Origin: Calditrichia bacterium
Lineage (GTDB): Bacteria; Calditrichota; Calditrichia; JAJRVZ01
Direction of reading: 5' to 3'
DNA length: 64,000 bases
Assembly: GCA_963777955.1 (NCBI GenBank)
Contig: CAVZSQ010000013.1
Span: forward strand, 160,001-224,000
Each line of letters starts with the position of its first letter. The stretch's first letter is position 1. Made by a program: the position numbers and the translations under genes. The notes beneath the pieces are model-generated. The model was not told the DNA's origin, did not search any database, and was given only the letters and a program-made list of their open reading frames with translations. This document shows positions 13,493-23,755 of this stretch, piece after piece.

Positions 13493-13540
13493 AGATTCCT
13501 CGCCCTGATCCGGCAACTGCCGGACAGGACTCGAAATGAC
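13493..13540 (-). repeat. REP-like palindromic element (GTCAT...ATCT type) with nested hairpin
   Basis: Minus strand: GTCATTTCGAG-TCCTGTCCGGCAGTTGCCGGATCAGGG-CGAGGAATCT. Intergenic, 48 bp, with the same termini and length as 30896-30943. Confidence 0.5.
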
Positions 13541-13570
13541 ATGATTTGAATTTTAACAAGACTTTATTCA

Positions 13571-14839
13571 TTATCTTCTCGCTTGGTATTCGCCAAGTTT
13601 CTGTTGTAAGAACCGCTCGAGTTGTTCCGCCTGGTTACGGCGATCATACTGCTCAATATTATTAAAAGTGAACTTGTTCTGCCGGTTATAAATTTCCAGC
13701 AAGGCCCGGGTAACTGTCTCAACCCGCCTGCCGGAACAGATAACGCCGCTTCCGGTTTCCCTGATGATGCGCGCTGCTTCACCCCCGGCCGGGACAATGG
13801 CCAGGATCGGTTTTCTCAAACGTAAATATTCATATAATTTTCCGCCTGCCGTCTTATCGGCATTTTTCTTCCGTTCATCCAGAATCAAGACAAAGGCATT
13901 CATGGCCTGCAGTATCTTTAAACATTCCCGGTGGTCCTGATAGCCCCAACTATGAAACTGATCCTGCAGGTTGTAACTCCGGGCCAGTTTGGCGACATCG
14001 TACACGCTGCTGCCCAGATGGTGAAAATGTATCCTGATTCCCTGCTCTTTTAGACGGCTCAGAGCTGCGAACAGGATAGCAGGGTTATTTAAATGCGAAT
14101 AGAACGACCCGGAAAAAGCGATATGGCAATCACCGGGAAAGGGCAAGGTACATTCAGGCAAATTGGTAAAATCTTCTTCATCATAACCATTGGGTAACAA
14201 TAAGACATTGTCCGGATTGAATTGCGGTATATTTTTTTTAAAATGATCGATGGTGGACTGGTAGGCCGAGATAAAAAGATGCAGAGCGGATATCGCCTGC
14301 CGTTCTCTTCTTTTATCCAGCAGTGCATGAAGCGGAGTCGGATAAATTTTATAGGGATTGATCGTCCACGGATCACGCAGGTCCAGGCAGACCGGGACAT
14401 TTTGAGTGGTTGAGCAGGCAGCCGCTAACAGGGCCAGTGAATAAGGGGGCAGGCTGAAAATCAGCAAATCATATTTCGCCTGCTGCAATTGTTCCCGGAT
14501 ACTCGCGCTGGCCGCTTTATTCCAGCCGATCCGGCTATCGGTGACATAATAACAGGCACTCAGCCAGCGCATGGCATATGACTGGGTCAAGCGCGAGCGC
14601 CAGCGGTTTTTCCAATCCAGGTGTTTTTCAGACAATCCGGTATGTATGATTTTTGTTTCAGCCGGCAGTTCGGTTAAAAATGAAGGATCCTGCGGATTGG
14701 TTTTTTCAACCGGGGCAGCAATAACGGTAAAACTCCAGTTTAATTGTCGCAGATATTTTATTAGTTTTACCCAGCGCTGTACGCCACCCCCGCCGGCCGG
14801 GGGAAAATAATATGTTACAATTAATCCATGCCTAGCCAA
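13571..14839 (-). CDS. Glycosyltransferase family 4 (GT-B fold)
   Basis: YYFPPAGGGGVQRW N-terminus, DLRDPW, PNGYDEED and GKLYEYL..RKPIL motifs. Overlaps the kinase stop by 19 nt. Confidence 0.85.
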   Translation of the reverse strand: MARHGLIVTYYFPPAGGGGVQRWVKLIKYLRQLNWSFTVIAAPVEKTNPQDPSFLTELPAETKIIHTGLSEKHLDWKNRWRSRLTQSYAMRWLSACYYVTDSRIGWNKAASASIREQLQQAKYDLLIFSLPPYSLALLAAACSTTQNVPVCLDLRDPWTINPYKIYPTPLHALLDKRRERQAISALHLFISAYQSTIDHFKKNIPQFNPDNVLLLPNGYDEEDFTNLPECTLPFPGDCHIAFSGSFYSHLNNPAILFAALSRLKEQGIRIHFHHLGSSVYDVAKLARSYNLQDQFHSWGYQDHRECLKILQAMNAFVLILDERKKNADKTAGGKLYEYLRLRKPILAIVPAGGEAARIIRETGSGVICSGRRVETVTRALLEIYNRQNKFTFNNIEQYDRRNQAEQLERFLQQKLGEYQARR

Positions 14840-15472
14840 GATTGCTTTTCCATTTCCCTGATGTAAGTCACCAGCATCGCCACATCTTCCTCATTCTCCT
14901 CAAAATTCTTATTACGGGTATCAACGGTCAGCAAGCGTAATCCCGTCTCCCCTGCCTTGGCGGCCCATTCATCATAGGATTTGTTTAAATGTTCCAGGTA
15001 GGCAGGATCGATAGTCAGTTCAAAATCGCGGCCTCGCTTCAGAATGCTTGCCACCAGTTTTTCAACCGGAGCCTGCAGGTAAATAATCAGGTCCGGTTTA
15101 CGCAGGTATGCGCTCATGGTAGTGAAAAGCAGCCGGTAATTTTCATAATCCCGTTCGCCCAGACAGACTGCGTTCATACAAAGTCCTGGCAAATACCTCC
15201 ACATCTTCGTAAATGGACCGGTCCTGCAGGCAGGAATCCGGCCATTCGGCAATTTCCTGCTGTGCTTTGAAACGGTGAGCCAGAAAATAAATCTGCAGGT
15301 GAAAACTCCAGCGCGGCATATCATCATAAAACGAGGCCAGGTATGGATTATCGATCACCTTTTCGTAATAGGCGCGCCAGCCCAGGGTCTGACTCAGCAA
15401 GCGGGTTAACGTGGTTTTCCCGCAGCCGATATTTCCGGCTATGGCGATATGTAATTTGCGCTGATCACTCAA
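14821..15472 (-). CDS. Deoxynucleoside kinase (dNK family); one frameshift near 15165
   Basis: P-loop IAGNIGCGKTT, QIYFLAHRF, QDRSIYED, PDLIIYL, KRGRDFE. Likely TTG start at 15472 behind a GGGAGG RBS. ORFs 15143-15538 and 14821-15327 join by removing one base. Confidence 0.9.
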
Positions 15473-15636
15473 AAGGGCCGCCTCCCTGTTAATATGCTCC
15501 TTTGCGTTACTGAAGTATACTGCCAGATCAAAGTCCATTCAACAATTTTTCTGAATTTAGCGGTACAAAAAACGATTATCAACTGAGTTTCTGACCGTAC
15601 CTCAATCAGGTCAAAGCCATGATCATTCCGGGATCG

Positions 15637-16515
15637 CTATTTAACAAGTTGTCTGATAATAAACGGAGCAATATCCAGCAGGGTCCGGAAAGACCCGGAT
15701 ATTTTTTTGGCCCAGATTCCCATAAATGCCGGATTACCGGTATGGGATTTAGTTCGCAGATCTTCGAGATTACCGTGATCACTCACTACAATTAAAAAGG
15801 TACGGTCGAAGTCCAGGTGCAGAACCACTTCACTGAGCAGGGTTTCCACCTTTTGCATCTCCTCGACGGCCTGAGTCATATTCTGTGCATGACCGGCGAT
15901 ATCGGTCAGGAAATATTCATACAGCAGCAGATCATACTGTCTGCTTTGCCCGCAAAGAATCTGTGCGGCCTGTTGAGCAGAAAAAAGCGGCAGATCGAAT
16001 CCTGATTTGATTAAACTCGCATTGGTAAAATCATGATAAATCGCCTCCCCTTTTCTGATTTGATCAAGAGTGGAAAACGGTAGGCAGGCGGCACGATTCA
16101 TTTCTGTGGTGACTGACATAGACATATGTGTGAAAAGTTGCGGGGTGGTAAAAAAAATAGGACGAAAGGCGTTAATAAAACGACAACTCAAACCTGCAGA
16201 TTTCAGTTTAATGAACAGGGAATCTGTGGTTAACAGGTGTCGCAGTACCTGGTTTGGAAAACCGAACAGATGCTTCCCGATTAATTGAGCGGCGTTTACT
16301 CCGGTATAAATTGCTGTCTGACCCGTCGCACTCTGCGGTAAACCTTTGGTAGCCAGCGCGGCGTCTAATAAAAATCTGCGGCCGCCGGCGAGCAGCCGGT
16401 CAGCGGTAGAATTAAAGATCCCGCTCCGAGCAAAGGAAAAAGGATTGAAGGCCGGATCAAGCGGACCAACCCCCACACCGTCCAGAAAAATCAGCAGGCA
16501 ATGCAATCTATTCAA
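15637..16515 (-). CDS. Alkaline-phosphatase-superfamily metalloenzyme (phosphoglycerate mutase/phosphopentomutase-like)
   Basis: FLDGVG, GLPQSATGQ (Ser nucleophile), DIAGH, SDHGN and HT metal-ligand motifs. Confidence 0.75.
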   Translation of the reverse strand: MNRLHCLLIFLDGVGVGPLDPAFNPFSFARSGIFNSTADRLLAGGRRFLLDAALATKGLPQSATGQTAIYTGVNAAQLIGKHLFGFPNQVLRHLLTTDSLFIKLKSAGLSCRFINAFRPIFFTTPQLFTHMSMSVTTEMNRAACLPFSTLDQIRKGEAIYHDFTNASLIKSGFDLPLFSAQQAAQILCGQSRQYDLLLYEYFLTDIAGHAQNMTQAVEEMQKVETLLSEVVLHLDFDRTFLIVVSDHGNLEDLRTKSHTGNPAFMGIWAKKISGSFRTLLDIAPFIIRQLVK

Positions 16516-18031
16516 AACGGAAGAGTTCGGTGGTGGAGAAACGGACCGGTTGCCCGTTTATCCTTCCCGGTTTGTATTTATATTGTTGGACAGTTTCCAA
16601 AACTGCTTTATCCAGGATCTCGTTGAGGCCTTTCAGAATAGATGCCGATTCAATATCGCCACTGGGCGAGATATTGACTTTTACCCGAACTTCCCCTTTA
16701 CTGACAAAATTGCGTAGAATGTTAGTGATTTCCAGTTTGGGACGTTTGGTATACTCTTTTTTACCACCATCGATGAACACTTCTAAAAATACCTGGTTAT
16801 AGTCAATGACCGACGCCGGAGCTTCGGGTTCAGTCGTACCTTTACTGGTATTTAATGGTTTTACTTCAGCGGCTGATGCCAGCATAATACTTTCCGCCGC
16901 CGGAGCTGCCGGAGTGGTAGAAGTAACATTAGCGTCGGTAGTAGTTTGCGCGGTTTCAGTTTGAGGCTGGCCGGAGGATTGTTGGGGCACTGTTGTTCCG
17001 CTGCCAGGTGGAAGCGCGGTCCCCGCGGTTCCCGCGGCTATGTTGGTTCTGGTTGTTTCAGCAGGTTTGGGTCTGGCCGGCGGCGGAGCCTGTACCGTTG
17101 ATTGAGCCGGACTCTGGGCAGTTATGGTTGTTTGGCTGACTGCAACATACTGTTCGACATTCGGGCGGGAAGTGCGTTCACGATACACCGGTTCATACTC
17201 GATCTTGCCATATTTACCGTTATCATTAAAATCATAAAGGATTTTATCGATCTGGGCATTGTTAACTTTGCCCCAGATATTATTTTGCGCCAGAATAGCC
17301 TGATTGGAATGGTTATATATTTCATATTGCTCATTATTTGTTATCCGGTTTTCGCCCTGGTTATAATTAGCATCGTTGTTTAACGATCCCAGATTCGGCC
17401 TGGACGTACTGAACAGGATAACGCCGATTGGATTCTGGGTGATCAGGTTCCTGCTCAGGACCGGTGTAGAACCCAGATTACATACAATTCCGGCATAGCC
17501 GTTTTCGGTAATAATACATCCCCGGATGGTCGGATTCGACTTTATTTCTGTGACAATTCCGGCATTAAAATTATAGCGGAATTCCGAATTTGCAATCAGA
17601 CCCTGGCTGTTTTTTACGGTTACACCTGTATTGGCATATTCGATCTGGCAATATTCCAGTATATTATTCGCTTCACTGTATAGTAACTGAATACCGTACC
17701 AATCGCCCATACGCGGGGATTCAGCTGCTGAACTAAAAACTATTTTCTTCGAACTCTGTCCGCGCGCTACCAGAATCCCGCGGATATTCAATTCACAACG
17801 GGTTTTATCATCACCTTCTTTAAGTTGATCGCTATTGGCCGAAAATAAAACACGGGTACCAGCCGCAATATTTAACTGGCTGTTCTTGGCTACTGTCACA
17901 TCCCCTTTGACCAGGACTGTACCACTCCAGTTAATAATGCCACGCAATTCACCACTAACCGTGGTCGCGACCTGCGCTCCGATGTGGCTGGCACATAAGA
18001 GGATCAGAACAAAAAGAATGTAATTTTTCAT
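16508..18031 (-). CDS. Secreted right-handed beta-helix domain + Pro/Thr/Gln-rich linker + TonB C-terminal domain protein
   Basis: Likely ATG at 18031 (MKNYILFVLILLCASHIGA|Q). Beta-helix signatures GDWYGI, YCQIEYA, PTIRGCIITEN, AQNNIWG. C-terminal GEVRVKVNISPSG...ILKGL...LDKAVLETVQQYKYKPGRINGQPV...FRF is a TonB_C pattern. Confidence 0.75.
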   Translation of the reverse strand: MKNYILFVLILLCASHIGAQVATTVSGELRGIINWSGTVLVKGDVTVAKNSQLNIAAGTRVLFSANSDQLKEGDDKTRCELNIRGILVARGQSSKKIVFSSAAESPRMGDWYGIQLLYSEANNILEYCQIEYANTGVTVKNSQGLIANSEFRYNFNAGIVTEIKSNPTIRGCIITENGYAGIVCNLGSTPVLSRNLITQNPIGVILFSTSRPNLGSLNNDANYNQGENRITNNEQYEIYNHSNQAILAQNNIWGKVNNAQIDKILYDFNDNGKYGKIEYEPVYRERTSRPNVEQYVAVSQTTITAQSPAQSTVQAPPPARPKPAETTRTNIAAGTAGTALPPGSGTTVPQQSSGQPQTETAQTTTDANVTSTTPAAPAAESIMLASAAEVKPLNTSKGTTEPEAPASVIDYNQVFLEVFIDGGKKEYTKRPKLEITNILRNFVSKGEVRVKVNISPSGDIESASILKGLNEILDKAVLETVQQYKYKPGRINGQPVRFSTTELFRFE

Positions 18032-18251
18032 AGTTATTGCACTTATTTTAATTCTATTGTTCAATTGTCCTTCTTTACTAAACCAGCTGATATTCTTTTC
18101 CTGCCTTTAATCGCTCTTAATCCTGATTTTCGGCAGATTTAATCAAGGCTTTACTATCTCTTAGCGGATTGTACACAAATACTACACCTTACGCGGCGGA
18201 GGCGCAACAGTAGGCTCTGCTGGAATTTTTTCTAATATTCAGGAAAACAGA

Positions 18252-21200
18252 TTATATTTCGATAAATTTTTCTAAAGATTTAAGCAGGTCGACCTCCTTA
18301 AAAGGTTTCATTATATACTCATTAGCCCCCAGCCTTTTGCCCATTTCCCTGCTTTCTTCACCTGCGCGTCCGGTCAGGATTACGATAGGTAATTGTTTAT
18401 ATTTTTCGTTTTTACGTATTTTTTCAATAAGTTCAAATCCGTGCATTTCAGGCATTTCCAGATCGGTAATTACTATATCAAAGTCTGATTTTTTCAGGGC
18501 GGTAATGGCTTCCGGTCCACTGCTGGCTAATACTGTCACATAATTATATCGTTCCAGGACAGCTGATACAAATTTACGGACACTGATTGAATCATCAACA
18601 ATCAGCGCTACTGCTTTACGGCCTGTTATTTTTTTCCTGGAAATCGGCAAAAAAGCAAATTCACTTTCCGGAGTTTCGATCCATGCCGGTTTTACCGGTT
18701 CGGCCACCTTTTGCCTTTGTTGAATCTTTTTTCTGGCCAGGTCCATTGCTGAAAAATCTTGTTGTCCACCGTAATATTCAGCCTGTATTTTTTTGGTAAT
18801 AGCCGGAATATCGAGTACCAGTCCCACTGAACCATCGCCAAGGATTGTGCCGCCTGCTACAAAATTAAGCCGGCTCAATGGTTCGCCCAGTGATTTGACC
18901 ACGATATCTTCGCGACGCAATACCTTGTCCACTACCAGCGCATATTTAATACCTGCTTCGCGGATAACCAGACATATATTTCGGTCAGTTTTTTTCGCCG
19001 GTGCTTGCCCATAATTCAAAAAATTATGCAGCATAACCATGGGAATAGATTCCTGGCGTATAGTAAGATGAGTTTTACCGGTCTGTTGTTTAACCTGGTC
19101 CATATTAAACTGAACAGTCTCTTCTACCGTGGTCAGAGGTATGGCCAGTACATTCTGGTTCTGTTCTACCAGCACCGCAGGGGTAATTGCCATAGTCAGA
19201 GGCACCCGGATGCTGAACAATGTTCCCTTATCCGTTTTAGAACTGATCCGGATATCCCCTTTGACTTTACGTAATTGCGCGGCAACCACGTCTAATCCCA
19301 CACCGCGTCCGGAAATATCGGTAGCAGTCTCCCTGGTGGAAAATCCTGGATAAAACACGAAAAACAGCAGATCAGTTTCCGACATTTTAGTGATTTCCTG
19401 ATCCGTGGCCAGATTTTTTTTCTTGATCATGGCTTTTATTTTTACCAGATCCATACCCCGGCCGTCATCCTGGACTTCGATGATCACCTGATTTTTCTCA
19501 CGAAAAGCTTTCAGGAGAATTATGCCGTCTTCACTCTTACCTTTCTCAATCCTTGCCGCCGGTAATTCAATACCATGGTCAATGGCATTTCTGATCAGGT
19601 GCATGAGTGGATCGGTCAGGGATTCCACCATGGCCCGGTCCATCTCCGTATCAGAACCTTCGATCACCAGGTTTACTTTCTTGGACTGTTTCCTGGCCAG
19701 ATCACGTACCGCCCGTGGAAAACGGTTGAATAGCACTTCCGTTGGCACCATGCGCACCTGCAGAATATCATCATGCAACAACTTGGTCAGCGAGGAAATT
19801 TGACTGATATTTTGTTCTACATAACGAGTCAGCAGGTTGAAATCCGAAGAAGCACTTTCTAACTGATCCAGTATTTCCTTGAACTCTTTATAGGTTTTGG
19901 TTAACTCGGCAAACTGTTTGGTTTTCTTTCCTGTATGTTCTGTGCCCGCCGCAGGGGTACTTTCCGGTTTTTCCAGTATATTTTCCAGTGAACCGCTGGT
20001 CGATTTTAATTTTAATTTTCCCTGCTCCAGAATATTGCCGATTTTACGCAAGGAGTCCAGATAATTTAAAAATTGCGCCTTATTCACAACCAGCTCGGCC
20101 GCCATATTCACCAGCTTATCCAGGCGCTCCGTAGTGATTTTAATAACCTGTTCCTGTTCTCCCGCGGCGAATGGAATCAATTTTGCGTCAATAAACCGTG
20201 ATTTAATATCCTGCCCTGTGGGTGCGGGTGCAACCGGAACCGTAGCGGGGAGACCAAGCATCAAATTCAGATCGGCCAGGGTCGATTCATAACTGGCGCT
20301 ATAATCTCCCTGACCGGCCTTCACCGCTGCAACCATGGCCTGGATTTCATCAACCCCTTTAAAAATCACATCCAGCGATTCTCCCAACTCCTTGGGATTG
20401 GAGGTTTTATTTTTTTCAAAAAAATCTTCCATCCGGTGAGCTGAATCTGCCGATATTCTCATACTGCATGATTTGAGCACTGCCTTTGAGGGTGTGCATA
20501 TGGCGGCACAAATCATTGATCAGAGCCTGGTCATCGGGCTTCTTTTCCAGTTTTACTAAATCCTGATTCATCTTTTCGATTAATTCCCAGGCTTCTTTCA
20601 GAAACAACTCGGTTTCATTGCTCAGCACAAATCGTTCGGATTTTGGCTGCTGTGAAACTTTTGCCTGAGGTTTGCCCGCTTGCCTGGCCTTCAGGTTCTG
20701 CATTTCCAGATTATACAAAACTTCACTGATCACATCCGGATCGTATTTTTCACCCGCCGTCAAATTTCTGATGACTTTTAAAGCCGCAGCGATACTTTCT
20801 ATTACTGCCGGTTCATTGGTTATTTCACCGTTCTGAACCGACTCAGCAACCTGCTCCAGGCCGTCACCAATCTGGCCGATTTCCCTGAAACCCAGCATTT
20901 TGGCGGCGCTTTTCAATGAGTGACTGGCGTGTTCCAGTTGACCCAATGCTTCGGGATTATTCGGTTCTTTCCTGAGCGTGGCTACGGCACTTTCTATGAT
21001 TCTGAGATATTCCGCGGATTCTTCTTTAAAAATCTGCAGTAAATCTTCATCTTCTGTTCCGGCCGCCGCAAATAATGGTTTTTCTTCTGTTTTAATTTTT
21101 TTATCGGCCGTTGATACAGTTGTTTCTTTGACCGCTGGCGGTACAGGCTTTTCTACCAGATTAATCGTTTTCAATTTCATCTTGAGCATGGGAAAATCGG

Positions 21201-23752
21201 CATCCTGCTTATCGATGATCCGCCGCAGCCCGGCAAAAACTTCTCTGAAAACCGGTATAAGATTCTCATCCGGGATTATAGCCGGTGCCTGCAGCTTCTC
21301 GCATATTTCTTCAATGGGGGCAGCCAGATTAGCGACATCATCATAACCCATCAAACGTGCCGATGATTTGATAGAATGCAAGCACTTTTCAATCGTACCT
21401 GCTTTTTCCCGGTTAAATCCACCACTCTCCAGCGAGTTCAGTGCCTCTTCGGCCTTGCTCAAATCCTTGCTAGCTTCCTGTTTGAAAATTTCTTCCAGAT
21501 CTTCTTCAAATTCTTCGTCCCCGGCTTTCAGCTCTTCCGGCTGGGGAGTCAGGGGTCTGGCGGTGACTGGTTCGGCCTCAATCTTTGCTGCGGGCTGTAC
21601 CGGAACTTCCGGTTCTGTCTCAGCTTTCTCCGGGTGAATAATTTCTTTTAATACACTGATCAGTTCTGCAGCGTCCGTTTGCTGCAAACCCTTGCTCTCC
21701 AGAGATTGAGTAAAGAGTTTATAGACCTGGCGGATTTCATCAAAGATGATTGGATCGGGATTAAATTGTTTTTCCTGTTTAAATAAACTTATATAATAAT
21801 CGGCGAAGACCAGGGCTTTAGGAGCTTGCAACATTTTCAGGTTGTTGGCCAGACGCACGAAATGTTCAACCTGCTTATTTCTTTCCGACTCATTTTTTTC
21901 AATAAACACCTTCGATAAACAATCGGCAAACTTGGCTAAGTGCGTTTTTTCAAAATCCACCAGGATCTTATTTAAAGCGCTGTGGTCACTGGAAGCAATT
22001 GCCTCTGCAGTCATCGCCTGTGCCCGGGAAGAAGTCTCCGCGGCGGCTTGCTTTAATTGTTTGTTGAGCGAGGCCCAGTTGACCTTGACCGGTAAATTTT
22101 GAGCAACCTGATCGTAGATTTCCAATAATTCAAGAACGGTTGCTTGGTAATGTGGATCGGCAACCGGCAGACGGACCAGTGCGTTTTTATACTCATGTAA
22201 AAATTGTGCCGCCTCTTTTTCCCGGATTAATTGTGCAGCCGAGATTAACTTGTTCAGCAACGGTTCTGTGCCGGGAGGATTTGCCTGTACTGTTAACAGA
22301 TCCTGAAGATTTGACCGTACAGTCTGTAATACATCACTGAACAACGAGATCATCCCGGAGCGGTTGCTGAATGGTATTTCTTCCCGGTTGATTTCAGCCG
22401 CACCCGGCGCGGGTTCGGAAGCAATTTCTGGCTCAGCTGCTGCCTTTTCGCCCCGTCTCTTTTTGACAAATAAAGAGTCCCGGAACAGTTCCGGTAATTG
22501 CTGCAACTGTTCAAGTTGCGGACTTTTCTGGCGCACATCCTTTAATTTGTCGGTATTTTTCAATAATCCAAAAAAGGTCGAGAAAATCTGGAATGATTCC
22601 GGATTGAGAACTTTCTTCTTGCGCATCCCGTCATTCAGGATAGCAATTATTTCCGTGCAGAAATCTTCAATAACCGTATAACCGTGGATCATGTTGATTT
22701 CTTTAAAGGACTGTAACTGCGCAGCCAGAACATGCAAATTTTTCGGCTCGGTTGGACTGGCAATAATATCAGCTATAATTTTTGTGAACTGCTGAATATG
22801 CTCATCGACTTCCGACTGGAAGTATTCTGAAAGCAGGGTATCAATAGTGGTAGGCTGTTCAGACACTTCTTCCTTTTCGAACTTCGTCTTTTTCTTAATT
22901 TCCGCGATCATTATCTTACCGCCGTTAACCGAATCACGGATCATCGGTCCATGCTGGGTATTCAGCACTTCCAGAGTTTTAATTATTTTTCCGGTCAGAG
23001 ATGGCAGGTTTTGATAATACCTGGTGACCTGGTATTTTTGTTCTTTTATCCAGGGACAAGCGGAACCGAGACTGTGAAAAAATATCAGTCAGGGCAGCTG
23101 GACTATCCTTAGGAAGTGGTTGCTTAAGATTCCGGATTACTATTTCAACGAATTTATTCAATTGAGCGGCCTGATCGGTATTAAAGCGGTCGATCAGTTT
23201 TTCACGCAGTTGAGTACTGAACTCGATTTCCAGGAATTTTTCCACATTTATCTCATCACGAACCATTTCCGGTTTTTGCGGTGTAAGTGCAGCTGCCGCC
23301 GAGGGTTGCTTTTCGGCCTTTACTTTTTTAGCCGCCGCAGGCTTCTTTATTCTGGTGACTTCTTTTTTCGATTCGGCTGCGAATTTACCGTTTACATTCT
23401 TAATCGCCGTACTCAGGCTTTCTTCTTCTACCATCAGAGCCAGACCGGTCACAAAATCATTCACCGTCTCCTGCAGTCCCTGGTAAGCTGCACTCGGTGA
23501 ATAATCTTCAATGCGGTCGATGATATCAAAAAGAAAGATTGAAAGTTCCCCCGATCCCTGTTCCTCAGCTATCCTGGCGATTGCATTCGTCAGCTGCTCC
23601 TGTTGACCCAGATGCTGGATTAATTCTCGTACTAATTTTGTTTCTTCAGTCGCAAGTTTTTGCGGCAGTGAGGAATGTACGCGGTTAAAGAATTCTCGAA
23701 TATAAAATTGGCTGAAATTTATTAATTTGCTTTCGATCATTCTGTTCCTCAA
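18252..23752 (-). CDS. cheA: Hybrid chemotaxis histidine kinase CheA, ChpA/PilL-like (multiple Hpt, dimerisation, HATPase, CheW, REC; ~1830 aa); two frameshifts
   Basis: ORFs 22979-23752, 20416-22968 and 18252-20516 join through insertions near 23070 and 20443. Hpt boxes HSIKSSA, HSLKSAA, HTLKGSA; HLIRNAIDHGIE, DDGRG, SGRGVGLDVV; CheW-like P5; C-terminal REC (IVDDS...TDLEMP...KPF). Confidence 0.9.
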
Positions 23753-23755
23753 TGA

